Shown here: positions 1 through 9,496 of the stretch, piece by piece
Numbering within the stretch: the stretch's first letter is position 1
Layout of the letters: the number at the start of each line of letters is the position of its first letter
Assembly (NCBI GenBank): GCA_965116875.1
Contig: OZ220733.1
Coordinates: forward strand, 4,960,001-5,024,000
Origin: Candidatus Latescibacterota bacterium
GTDB taxonomy: Bacteria; Latescibacterota; UBA2968; GCA-2709665
DNA length: 64,000 bases
Direction: 5' to 3'
The notes under the pieces: generated by a model
Told to the model about the DNA's origin: nothing
Database searches by the model: none
The model's input: only the letters and a program-made list of their open reading frames with translations
Made by a program: the position numbers and the translations under genes

Positions 1-25
1 CCGACTCCAGGAACTCGTATCCGGG

Positions 26-2023
26 TTGTTCCGGCACCCCGATCTGGAAGCAGAACTACGGCGTTCCATCGACCCGTCCACGGAAACCGTCAAGGATACC
101 GCCAGCGCCGAACTGAAGCGGATCCGCCGAAGCCTGGAACACACCCGGTCCGGTATCCGCAGTTCCGTCGAGAGCATCCTGAACCGGCTTCCCGACACCG
201 TCGTGCAGGAACGGCTGGTCACCATCCGGAACGGGCGCTTCGTCATTCCCGTTCGTGAAAACCAGAAACACCGTCTGGATGGCCTCGTACACGACCAGTC
301 GGCCAGCGGAGCTACGCTCTTCGTCGAACCCATGGCCACGCTGGCGCTCAACAATCAACTGCGGCAACTCGAACTGGCCGAGCAACAGGAGATCAAACGC
401 GTACTTCGCGAACTCACCAGGAGCGCCGGCCAAATAAGCGATCGTCTGCTGGAAAACCAGCGGATTCTCGGAAGATTCGATGCCATTTACGCAGTAGCCG
501 GTTTTTCTCGCGTGCTGAAATGCAGCGAACCGGTCTTCAACGTGGAAGGACGTCTCGAACTACATGATGCGCGTCATCCCCTACTGTTCTACAGGCTGAG
601 CGGTGAGGGCCGGACCGAATCCATTGTACCCCTCAGCCTTGCAATGGATAACGACGGCGTTCGCACACTCGTACTGACAGGTCCGAACGCAGGAGGCAAG
701 ACCGTTGCGCTCAAAACCGTCGGTCTGCTTGCGCTGATGGCTCAGTCCGGGTTGCCAGTGCCGGCAGCGGAACATTCGCAGTTTCCGATCTTCACCGGCG
801 TCTTTGCCGACATCGGCGACGCGCAGTCCATCGAGAACGACCTCAGCACGTTCTCGTCTCACGTGGCGAACCTGGTGGAGGTGACCACCCATGCCGAAGC
901 CAGATCCCTTGTGCTTCTGGACGAAGTGGGCGCAAGTACCGATCCCGATCAGGGTGCGGCCCTGGCGATGGCCCTGCTGGGTACGCTTACGGAACGTGGC
1001 TGCCGCACCGTGGCCACGACCCATCACGGAGCGCTTAAGGCTTTTGCGCACCGCACGGAGGGGATGGCCAACGGTTCCATGGCCTTCGACGCGGATACAC
1101 TGACGCCCACCTTTCAGCTTCGGCTCAACACGCCAGGCAGCAGCTATGCCTTCGAAATCGCGCGGCGGCTTCAGATGCCGTCCGAGATCGTCGCCGAAGC
1201 CAGGCGCATTGCGGGAAGCGATATAGGCCGCCTGGAAGCCCTTATCGCGGACCTCGACGACACGTACCGGCACTACAACGAGGAACGGGATCGCGCACGG
1301 TCCTTCCGGCGGGAAATGGAACGTTTGAAAGCGGAGTATACCGGCCGCCTCAAGGAAGTGGAGCAACGCGAGCGTGAACTCAAGCGCGGCGCCGAGGACG
1401 AGGCGCGGCGCATTCTGGATGGCACAAATGCCCTCATCGAGCGCACCGTATCCGAACTCAGGAAGCGCAATGCCGACAGGGACTCAATCAAGAAGGCCAG
1501 AGCCGAGGTTGAGCGTGCGCGGCGCGAACTGGCGGTCCCTGTTGAAGAAACGGATATACCCGCGTCAAACCTCGAACCCGGTTGTCGCGTCTTCGTGCGA
1601 AGCCTCGGTAAAGAAGGCATAGTGGCGGACGGACGGAACGAGGGATCGCGCGTTCCGGTCGAAGTCGGCAAGCTGCGAATGCAGGCACGCCGGGAAGATC
1701 TCGATATCGTGGAATCGGCCCGGGAGGCCGCCCCGGACGCTGCCCGTTTCGGGCTTGTCAGGCGCGACGCCGTTTCCGGTGAGGTGGATTTGAGGGGAAT
1801 GACCGTGGACGAGGCGGTGGAAACCGTCGACAAATACATCGATGAACTCTACCTTGCCGGCATGGAGCGCGCGGCGGTGATCCATGGAAAGGGCACTGGC
1901 GCCCTTCGCCGGGCGGTTGGCGCCCACCTCCGCGGCCACGAATTCGTCAAGTCCCAACGCCTGGGACTGCACAACGAGGGCGGCGCAGGCGTCACGGTGA
2001 TCACAATCGACCTGGATCCCTGA
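26..2023 (+). CDS. mutS2: Endonuclease MutS2 (5' end probably outside the window)
   Basis: Walker A TGPNAGGKT, DIGDAQSIENDLSTFSSH, LLDEVG, C-terminal Smr domain (VDLRGMTVDEA...IHGKGTG). Confidence 0.96.
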   Translation: MFRHPDLEAELRRSIDPSTETVKDTASAELKRIRRSLEHTRSGIRSSVESILNRLPDTVVQERLVTIRNGRFVIPVRENQKHRLDGLVHDQSASGATLFVEPMATLALNNQLRQLELAEQQEIKRVLRELTRSAGQISDRLLENQRILGRFDAIYAVAGFSRVLKCSEPVFNVEGRLELHDARHPLLFYRLSGEGRTESIVPLSLAMDNDGVRTLVLTGPNAGGKTVALKTVGLLALMAQSGLPVPAAEHSQFPIFTGVFADIGDAQSIENDLSTFSSHVANLVEVTTHAEARSLVLLDEVGASTDPDQGAALAMALLGTLTERGCRTVATTHHGALKAFAHRTEGMANGSMAFDADTLTPTFQLRLNTPGSSYAFEIARRLQMPSEIVAEARRIAGSDIGRLEALIADLDDTYRHYNEERDRARSFRREMERLKAEYTGRLKEVEQRERELKRGAEDEARRILDGTNALIERTVSELRKRNADRDSIKKARAEVERARRELAVPVEETDIPASNLEPGCRVFVRSLGKEGIVADGRNEGSRVPVEVGKLRMQARREDLDIVESAREAAPDAARFGLVRRDAVSGEVDLRGMTVDEAVETVDKYIDELYLAGMERAAVIHGKGTGALRRAVGAHLRGHEFVKSQRLGLHNEGGAGVTVITIDLDP

Positions 2024-2087
2024 AAGAGCGCGTTGCCGCCCGTCAACAATTCACCTCCGCAGTATTCTGTTACCAATCCGACGTCGA

Positions 2088-2116
2088 TTGACACCTCCGG
2101 GGGTTTCGTCTATATT
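2088..2116 (+). promoter_or_regulatory. Sigma70-like promoter upstream of ispG
   Basis: TTGACA-N17-TATATT. Confidence 0.7.
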
Positions 2117-2153
2117 AGTACTGCGAAGGATACAAGCCCCGAATTCCGCCCTA

Positions 2154-2317
2154 AGAAGCCGTCTTAAAATTCCCAGCGGTCTTCGCACGGCTGCAAAAGC
2201 GCCGGTCGGCGTCGGTCAAATCCACCCGTATTGACAAATATGGGCGGATTTTCCCTCCTTGACCGCCACTTTTTCGCTCGCGCTCGGGAACTCACCGGTA
2301 ATTTTAAAACAGCTTCT
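2154..2317 (+). mobile_element. 164-bp MITE-like element, copy 1
   Basis: 18-bp imperfect terminal inverted repeats AGAAGC(C/T)GT(C/T)TTAAAATT; near-identical inverted copy at 12947-13110. Confidence 0.85.
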
Positions 2318-2333
2318 TTACGTGAACCTGCCG

Positions 2334-4274
2334 ATGCTGATAACCAACCTGCAGACCGACCCCGGGAAATACTGCAACAGTCTCACCGAATACAGCCGGT
2401 ACCGGACGAGGGTAGTGTCCATAGGCCACGTTCCACTTGGCGGGGACAATCCCATCCGGGTCCAGTCCATGACGACAACGGACACCATGGACACGCTCGC
2501 CACGGTTGAACAGTCCATCAGGATCATCGAGGCGGGGGCGCACTACGTACGCATCACCGCGCCCAGCCAGAACGAGGCGCGCAACCTCGAGGCCATAAAG
2601 AAAGAACTCCGGTCAAGGGGTTACGATGCGCCGCTCATCGCCGACATTCATTACACGCCCAATGCGGCGGAAATCGCCGCGCGGATTGTCGAGAAGGTGC
2701 GAGTCAACCCCGGCAACTACGCGGACAGGAAGAAATTCCAGATCGTCGAGTATACCGACGCGCAATACGCCGCCGAGATTGAACGCATCCGCCAAAAGTT
2801 CACGCCGCTGGTCAACATTTGCAAAGCATACGGTACCGCCATGCGCATCGGCGCAAACCACGGCTCCCTCTCGGACCGCATCATGAGCCGGTTTGGCGAC
2901 ACGCCGCTGGGAATGGTCGAATCAGCGCTGGAGTTCACGCGCATCTGCGCCGACCTGGACTACCACGACGTCGTCCTTTCCATGAAAGCCAGCAATCCCC
3001 AGGTAATGATCCAGGCCTACCGCCTGCTGGTCAACCGCATGGAGGCCGAAGGTTTCAACTATCCTCTTCACCTGGGCGTCACCGAGGCCGGCGACGGCGA
3101 AGACGGGCGCATCAAGTCCGCCGTGGGCATCGGAGCGCTCCTTGAAGACGGACTGGGTGACACCGTCCGCGTCTCTCTGACGGAAGAGCCCGAAGCCGAG
3201 ATTCCCGTCTGTATCCGTCTCGTCAAACGGTACGAGGCCAGACCGGGGCATCCACCGATTCCCGCGATCGTCAGTAATCCGATCGACCCGTACACCTATA
3301 CCCGGCGCAAAACCCGGCCCGTTGAGCGGGTGGGCGGCGACAGCGTGCCGGTTGTGATCCTTTCCCTTTACGAATTACAATCTCCGGCCTGCCTGTTATC
3401 CCTCGGCTACGAATACGACGAGAAGCTGGACAAATGGAATATCGCGGACATGGCGCCGGACTTCATCTATCTGGGCAACCGGGATATTGACTTCGGCCTT
3501 CCCGGTACACTCGGCAAGATCCTGGACCACGATGCCTGGCGTGCCCGGCGCGGTACGCCAAACGCCTATCCGCTGTTCGACCTGACCGCCTTTCGTGAGG
3601 CTCCATATCGGTCCGAACGCCTGAATTTCCTGCTCGCCGAACCCGATGACCTTGGCAACGAAGTTCTGGAAATGCTGCGTGTGTCCTCCAACTGCGTGCT
3701 TGTTCTTCGTTCGGACAATTCCCACGCGATGCCGGACCTGCGCCGGGTTCTGGCTGAGTTCGTCGAGCGCGACATCCGTGTACCCGTCGTCCTCAAACGC
3801 GAATACGATGGCATTGACGACGACGCCCTCATCCTTCACGCCGCCATAGACACCGGCGGGTTGCTCACCGACGGCCTTGGCGACGGCATATGGGTGGAAT
3901 CGCCGGATGCCCGTCAGGGGGACCTCAACCGCCTCGGATTCGGTATCCTGCAGGCGACGCGCACGCGCATCTCGAAAACCGAGTATATCTCCTGCCCCTC
4001 CTGCGGACGCACCCTGTTCGACCTGCAGGAAACCACCGCCCTGATCCGCGGACGCACCAACCACCTGAAAGGCGTCAAGATCGGCATTATGGGTTGTATC
4101 GTGAACGGTCCGGGCGAAATGGCCGACGCGGATTACGGGTACGTCGGCAGCGGTCCCGGCCGGATCACGCTCTACCGAGGCAAGGACGTCGTCAAGCGGA
4201 ACATCCCCACCGCCGTCGCCGTGGACGAACTGATCGGGCTGATCAGGGAAGACAACCGGTGGGTGGATGCCTGA
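2334..4274 (+). CDS. ispG: (E)-4-hydroxy-3-methylbut-2-enyl-diphosphate synthase, long three-domain form
   Basis: PIRVQSMTTT, LIADIHY, RVNPGN, YPLHLGVTEAG, ISCPSCGR...MGCIVNGPGE; start moved from 2259 because the ORF extension lies in the repeat. Confidence 0.96.
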   Translation: MLITNLQTDPGKYCNSLTEYSRYRTRVVSIGHVPLGGDNPIRVQSMTTTDTMDTLATVEQSIRIIEAGAHYVRITAPSQNEARNLEAIKKELRSRGYDAPLIADIHYTPNAAEIAARIVEKVRVNPGNYADRKKFQIVEYTDAQYAAEIERIRQKFTPLVNICKAYGTAMRIGANHGSLSDRIMSRFGDTPLGMVESALEFTRICADLDYHDVVLSMKASNPQVMIQAYRLLVNRMEAEGFNYPLHLGVTEAGDGEDGRIKSAVGIGALLEDGLGDTVRVSLTEEPEAEIPVCIRLVKRYEARPGHPPIPAIVSNPIDPYTYTRRKTRPVERVGGDSVPVVILSLYELQSPACLLSLGYEYDEKLDKWNIADMAPDFIYLGNRDIDFGLPGTLGKILDHDAWRARRGTPNAYPLFDLTAFREAPYRSERLNFLLAEPDDLGNEVLEMLRVSSNCVLVLRSDNSHAMPDLRRVLAEFVERDIRVPVVLKREYDGIDDDALILHAAIDTGGLLTDGLGDGIWVESPDARQGDLNRLGFGILQATRTRISKTEYISCPSCGRTLFDLQETTALIRGRTNHLKGVKIGIMGCIVNGPGEMADADYGYVGSGPGRITLYRGKDVVKRNIPTAVAVDELIGLIREDNRWVDA

Positions 4275-4390
4275 ACGCCGGGGTCGCCCGCGGTGACGAT
4301 CCGCACTTTCCCCAAACCGGGTTCGCGAAGCGTACATCGCGCTGCCCTTCCACAACGTAGTCTTCGTTCCAATCCGATCGGGAATCCGCT

Positions 4391-6205
4391 ATGGCCCGCA
4401 TTCCTGAGGATACCGTCGAACAGGTCCGCAACTCGGTGGACATCATCGACGTCATATCGGAATTCGTCGCGCTCAACAAGCGCGGCAAGAGCTTTCTGGG
4501 CCTGTGCCCGTTCCACGACGACCGGACGCCGTCCCTGAACGTCTCGCAGGAGAAGCAGATCTACAAGTGTTTCTCCTGCGGCGCGGGCGGAAATGCATTC
4601 AGATTTCTGATGGATCTCGAACGCATCAGTTTCGTGGAATCCGTTTGCAAGCTCGCGGATCGGGTCGGTATCGTCCTGCCCGAATCCGAATCCCGAAGTC
4701 CCGCGGAAAAGGACACGAATGACGAGCTCTACAGGACGGTCGAATTCGCAAAGAAGTACTTCCGCCACATGCTGATGCGCCACCCGTCCGGCAAGAGCGC
4801 GCGCGATTACCTTTTGGGTCGCGGCGTGTCCGAGTCCGCGATGGAAGCGTTTTCGCTGGGTTACGCGACCAAAGCATGGGACGGACTCCTCGGTGTGGCG
4901 GGCCGGCGCGGGTACAGCGCGCAGATGCTCGAACGGGCAGGACTGGCGGTACCCCGGGAGAACGGAGGACACTACGACCGCTTTCGCGACCGCGTGATCT
5001 TCCCCATCGAATCGCACACGGGAAGGACGGTGGCTTTCGGCGCCCGCGCACTGGATCCGGAGCAACAGCCGAAATACCTGAACTCGCCCGAGACACCCAT
5101 CTACAACAAGAGCGCCACGCTCTACGGCCTGTGGAAGAACCGCGAACCGATCCGGTCAACCCGGTCGGCGGTTGTGGTCGAGGGATATATGGACGTGGTC
5201 GCGTTGGATCAGTTCGACGTCCGCAACGTCGTCGCGTCTTCAGGGACCGCGCTCACGCAGGACCACGCGCGCCTGCTCAAACGGTATACCGACCTTGCCG
5301 TACTCGTCTTCGACGGCGATGCAGCGGGTACCGCCGCCACCGTTCGCGGTATCGGGGCGATGATGTCGTCCGAACTGGATATTCGAGTCGTCACGCTGGT
5401 CGGCGGTGAAGATCCGGACAGCTTCGTGCGGCAGCGGGGTTCGGACGGATTCGGGGAGCTGATCGACTCCGCCGCGCCATTGATGGACTTTCTTTTCGAC
5501 TGGGTCCGATCGCGGGAAGACCTGTCCACGTCGGACGGCAAGACCCGCGCCGTCAGAACCGTATCGGAAATCATCGCAAACGCGAAGGACAGCGCCCGGC
5601 GGGGCTTTCTGATCCAGGAAACCGCGCAGAAGCTGGGGATCGAGGAAGCGATCGTCATTAACGAGGTGCAGCGCGCCGGTCGTTATCGGCGTACCGGGCG
5701 CAACCCGGCAGATACGGACGCGGATTCCCGATCGACGTCGTTTGAGCCGGGTCCCCGTATGGAACGGGAGCTCATCACGCTGATGATGGCGGACGACGGC
5801 ATGGCCGATACGGTACTCGCGGAAGTTGACGCCGGTCACTTTACCAACGGCGTGTACAGGCGTATCTCGGGAATGATCGCGGCGGCGCGCAAGGAGGGTC
5901 GGACCGCGTCGGCCGCGTCGCTGCTGAATCATTGCGAGGACGCCGGGTTGGCCGGAATTGTATCCGCGCTATCCATGGAAACCGGCATTGTCAACCCGGA
6001 CACGAAGGTCCCGCTGGAGGATTATCTCACGAGGATGCGACTCAGGTCCCTGGACGCTCGTATCTCGGCCGTGGAGACGCGATTGCGCGCGGCCGACGGA
6101 GGGACCGATCCAATGGCGCTGATGGCCGAACACAAAGAGCTCGCCCGCCAGCGCAAGGAACTGTTCGCCGGACGGCGCGCTCAAACGGAAACCGCGACGC
6201 GTTGA
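4391..6205 (+). CDS. dnaG: DNA primase
   Basis: CHC2 zinc finger CPFHDD...CFSC, YDRFRDRVIFPI, PKYLNSPET, VVEGYMD, TOPRIM FDGDAAG. Confidence 0.97.
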   Translation: MARIPEDTVEQVRNSVDIIDVISEFVALNKRGKSFLGLCPFHDDRTPSLNVSQEKQIYKCFSCGAGGNAFRFLMDLERISFVESVCKLADRVGIVLPESESRSPAEKDTNDELYRTVEFAKKYFRHMLMRHPSGKSARDYLLGRGVSESAMEAFSLGYATKAWDGLLGVAGRRGYSAQMLERAGLAVPRENGGHYDRFRDRVIFPIESHTGRTVAFGARALDPEQQPKYLNSPETPIYNKSATLYGLWKNREPIRSTRSAVVVEGYMDVVALDQFDVRNVVASSGTALTQDHARLLKRYTDLAVLVFDGDAAGTAATVRGIGAMMSSELDIRVVTLVGGEDPDSFVRQRGSDGFGELIDSAAPLMDFLFDWVRSREDLSTSDGKTRAVRTVSEIIANAKDSARRGFLIQETAQKLGIEEAIVINEVQRAGRYRRTGRNPADTDADSRSTSFEPGPRMERELITLMMADDGMADTVLAEVDAGHFTNGVYRRISGMIAAARKEGRTASAASLLNHCEDAGLAGIVSALSMETGIVNPDTKVPLEDYLTRMRLRSLDARISAVETRLRAADGGTDPMALMAEHKELARQRKELFAGRRAQTETATR

Positions 6206-6255
6206 CCACAAAACGCTTGTCCTTTCCGCCATTTCGCGTAGATTTCCCTGATAAC

Positions 6256-6332
6256 GGGCCCTTAGCTCAGCTGGTTAGAGCGGCGGACTCATAATCCGTT
6301 GGTCGCAGGTTCGAGTCCTGCAGGGCCCACCA
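6256..6332 (+). tRNA. tRNA with CAU anticodon, most likely tRNA-Ile2 (lysidine type)
   Basis: GGGCCCT acceptor stem, TAGCTCAG D-arm, anticodon loop CTCATAA, GGTTCGAGTCC T-arm, encoded CCA; resembles ileX-type tRNAs rather than initiator Met. Confidence 0.92.
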
Positions 6333-6342
6333 GAATACACGG

Positions 6343-6376
6343 GAGGGAGCCGTAGTTTCAAACGGCTCCCTCTTTT
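6343..6376 (+). terminator. Intrinsic terminator after the tRNA
   Basis: GAGGGAGCCGT/ACGGCTCCCTC stem followed by TTTT. Confidence 0.8.
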
Positions 6377-6421
6377 GATCTCCGGACCTTGCACCTGAAT
6401 TGGCGCCTTGTTTTTCCACGG

Positions 6422-7081
6422 TCAGAAGTCGTCAACTTCTGCGGCAGGCATGTCGTTGTCCACCCGCTCAGTGCATTCGCTCACCGGAATCCTGCAAAAC
6501 GCACATTCTCCATAGCTTGGGACTCTTCTGGCCGGTCGGTTCGACGCCAACCTTCCAATTAACTCCGCAAATCGCTCGATGAATTTATCGTCAACAGCCG
6601 ATGATGGGACGGGGACCTCCCGCTCTCCATAGACAACCCGCCCCTCGAATTCGACATCCCTGTATCTGTGAGGAAATGCCTTCGGCACCGCGTACATATA
6701 AAGCATTACCTGAACGTGGTCCGAATTCCTGGGCTGACCCGTTTTGATATCTACAATCAGGCCGTGATTTTCCTTCACCGCGATCAAATCGGGCTTTCCC
6801 CCAACCGTCGCGGTCCTTCCCCTGAGGTGGAAGGAATTCTGAGACTCGGTTGACACGTCAAAGCCTTTGTCTTCCAGCATTTCCTGATAATTATTTCTCG
6901 CCGCCGTATGTTCGATCTGCCACGTGGTCGAATCGAAATCACCCGGCACAGCGGTCCAGGTCTTTCTGTCATGTTGGGCCTGAAACCAGCCCGCCCACTC
7001 GCATGACGCTTCACCGGTAAGCAACTTCGTCAGCCAGGTCACCCAGACATACGGGAGACCGTCTCTCTTCTCCGCCATCAC
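6422..7081 (-). CDS. PD-(D/E)XK nuclease, Cas4/AddB-like
   Basis: GKPDLIA...IVDIKTG...QVMLY motifs; N-terminal Cys plus C-terminal CAFC...C (possible Fe-S ligands). Confidence 0.8.
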   Translation of the reverse strand: MMAEKRDGLPYVWVTWLTKLLTGEASCEWAGWFQAQHDRKTWTAVPGDFDSTTWQIEHTAARNNYQEMLEDKGFDVSTESQNSFHLRGRTATVGGKPDLIAVKENHGLIVDIKTGQPRNSDHVQVMLYMYAVPKAFPHRYRDVEFEGRVVYGEREVPVPSSAVDDKFIERFAELIGRLASNRPARRVPSYGECAFCRIPVSECTERVDNDMPAAEVDDF

Positions 7082-7149
7082 TTTCTCGCTTTCGTGGCCT
7101 TCTATCGCTTTGCGCCAGATTCAACGAGGGAATTTCCCTGTGAACTGCA

Positions 7150-7624
7150 TCATTCCCAAAGGTCGTCCAGAAACTCGGAAGCCGGCTTGACCCCGGAAAC
7201 CATCAGGTAGTCGCGGGCGCGCGTGCACGCGACATACAACAGGTGCCTTTCCGTGTTGTAGACCTCCTCGAGGTCGGCATGATCGGCCGCTGTCTCGATA
7301 CGCTCCTGCCGGGGAATCACTTCATCGTCGCACGCCATTAAGGCAACGGCTCGAAACTCCAGCCCCTTGGCAAGGTGCATTATAGAAATCGACAACCCGC
7401 CTTTGGCCGTCTCACGGCATTCATCCAGGATCCGGAATGAATATCCCTATGCAGGTTCGGGCCAGAAAATCGGATCTTTGGCTCCGTCAACACTGTGGGA
7501 TTTCAATCCAGGATGAGCCGGGTTCATCTGCAAATCAATGGCAGTGGTTTTCACGGCCTTTTGTTCGTTGCCCGTCAAGCCTGACGGGACTGTCAGTGAA
7601 TGTGTCAGATATGCCGAAATCCAC
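7150..7624 (-). pseudogene. UvrD-family helicase remnant (N- and C-terminal pieces, frameshift, large internal deletion)
   Basis: C-terminal piece MHLAKGLEF...ERHLLYVACTRARD (helicase motifs V/VI); N-terminal piece MDFGISDTFTDS followed by frameshifted TGNEQKAVKTTAIDLQMNP. Confidence 0.8.
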
Positions 7625-7694
7625 GAGGCCGATAAACGGTCATTCAAGTCTAGTGACTGCGGCCAGCCCTCGTTGATTTTATCGACATTTGAGA

Positions 7695-8399
7695 TTATTG
7701 ACCCCGTTGTGGGAGAAGTTCGAGCAGCCTGAGCCAGCGCCGAAAATGCGGGCAAGCGCAACAGATCGCGTCCAGGCCGATCTCTCTCACCGCGAATGTA
7801 CCCATCAATGGCTTCTGATACCCAGGCACGAGCGCTTCGATACGGCTCGAAGGTGCTGTGTCTGGCGAGTCGTCGATTTCTTCCGGACTCGCGAATTGGT
7901 GTCTGATTTTCTCAAATTTCGATGTCAGATCAGGGATCCCAATCCCGCGAGCGAATATGTCACAATCACTGAATAGCATCGCTTCGAACTCGTGCATTGC
8001 AACATAAGGGATAAAACGCCTCCGATCGAAATTCGGGCCCATTTCGCTGGCGATGTTATCCAATAGGGCATCTTCTACTATCATTGCTTTCCCCGACGAA
8101 GAACTCTGACGTGTAGCTTGCAGGCGACCCGGCCACGCTTTTGGACCGGTCTGAGGCATTGCGTAGTAGTCCACCATTGTAGTCGCAAGACTTGCCGGAT
8201 CTTCCTTCAAGTGTCTTTCTATGTCTCTACGTACACTGTTCCAAGACCGTATTCCACCACGGCGGTGCCGCTGACGGGCGTTCCCAATTAAGCGGGCGCT
8301 GATTCCTGTATACCCGAAATCGTACAAATACGGTGCCAGCAGTTCATTGACGAATTGCTCCTCTGACTGACCCTCGACGTGGACAAGCAACCGAGTCAT
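7695..8399 (-). CDS. DUF4276-family TOPRIM-like protein
   Basis: VHVEGQSEEQF, TTMVDYY, HEFEAMLFSD, PEEIDD, CPHFRRWL; 4-bp overlap with the ATPase gene. Confidence 0.85.
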   Translation of the reverse strand: MTRLLVHVEGQSEEQFVNELLAPYLYDFGYTGISARLIGNARQRHRRGGIRSWNSVRRDIERHLKEDPASLATTMVDYYAMPQTGPKAWPGRLQATRQSSSSGKAMIVEDALLDNIASEMGPNFDRRRFIPYVAMHEFEAMLFSDCDIFARGIGIPDLTSKFEKIRHQFASPEEIDDSPDTAPSSRIEALVPGYQKPLMGTFAVREIGLDAICCACPHFRRWLRLLELLPQRGQ

Positions 8400-9496
8400 T
8401 CCAATAATCCATTACTTTTGGCCTCCACCGCAGGACGGCCACCGATTTCGTTCTTTTCCCATAGCTGGCCAAGGCTGTATTCTTCCAACCAAGCCGCTAG
8501 GTTTCTGCTGTCCAGTCTCTCAAGAGTTGTCGCGCGGTTCACACGATCGGCGACGATCACGTCGATTGGTTCGAAATGGTCCAACAGGACGGGCGACTGT
8601 GTTGCAACGATGATTTGGGATTCCACTGATGCCTGCTTTAGCAAGGAAGCTAACAGTGTAATTGCATAAGGATGTAGTCCGAGTTCCGGCTCATCCAGAA
8701 GAATGACGGACGGCCGTAGCGAAGTCGGTTGAAGCAGAAGAGTACAAAGTGCGATGAACCTGAGCGTTCCGTCGGACAAAGACGACGTGTCGAAGAAGGC
8801 GTCCGATCCCGCGTGCCGCCATTCAAGACGAATCTTGTCTGCATTAAGCGCCGTAGGTTTGAGTTCGAAATCCTCAAAAAATGGAGCTGCCAGTCTTATT
8901 GTACGCTGAATCTCGTTGTACGTTTCATCGTGTTTTTCTTTCAGTAAGAACAGAAACGCGGGCAAGTTCGAGCCATCCGGACGAAGAAATCGGTTGTCAT
9001 TGAGATTGGCAGTCTTTTTCATTGGCGACATGGAACCCGTGTCGTGAAAGTGGTAAGTTTGCCAACCCTCGATATGTCGGCGTATATGGTCTGGTGCCAA
9101 GAGATAGTCCTGTGATTCGTCTAAAGTGAATTTTCCTGTACTACTGTTATCCGGATCGGAAGGATGGTAGGCTATATTATTCACAAAAAGCCCGTCGGAA
9201 TCGTCTCTAGACAATTCGATTGCAAATCCTGCCGTGTTTCTGTCAAATGAGACTTGCATTCCTAATTTCGAGGTTACCTTTGATCCGAAATGCAGGATCT
9301 GATCGGCTCCACCTGCTTGTCCCACGTAGCGTTGCAAATGTCCCCGAACGACGGTGCGTAGAAACGAAATCGCATCAATGAAATTCGACTTGCCCGATCC
9401 GTTGGCTCCGATGAGTACATTGAGAGGCCGCAACCTTTGCATGGCAAACGCGATGCTTTTGAAGCCTTCGATGATGACCCTATCAAGTCTGGCCAT
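8396..9496 (-). CDS. ABC/SMC-like AAA_21 ATPase
   Basis: GANGSGKS, signature LSDGT, LLDEPELGLHP, IVATQSP. Confidence 0.92.
   Translation of the reverse strand: MARLDRVIIEGFKSIAFAMQRLRPLNVLIGANGSGKSNFIDAISFLRTVVRGHLQRYVGQAGGADQILHFGSKVTSKLGMQVSFDRNTAGFAIELSRDDSDGLFVNNIAYHPSDPDNSSTGKFTLDESQDYLLAPDHIRRHIEGWQTYHFHDTGSMSPMKKTANLNDNRFLRPDGSNLPAFLFLLKEKHDETYNEIQRTIRLAAPFFEDFELKPTALNADKIRLEWRHAGSDAFFDTSSLSDGTLRFIALCTLLLQPTSLRPSVILLDEPELGLHPYAITLLASLLKQASVESQIIVATQSPVLLDHFEPIDVIVADRVNRATTLERLDSRNLAAWLEEYSLGQLWEKNEIGGRPAVEAKSNGLLE

Noticed and set aside
2259-2333. N-terminal extension of IspG in the ORF track
   Set aside because: It is a translation of the repeat; the same peptide TATFSLALGNSPVILKQLL appears in spurious ORF 12670..13317.
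6422-7081. CRISPR-Cas locus
   Set aside because: No repeat-spacer array or other cas genes seen in the window.
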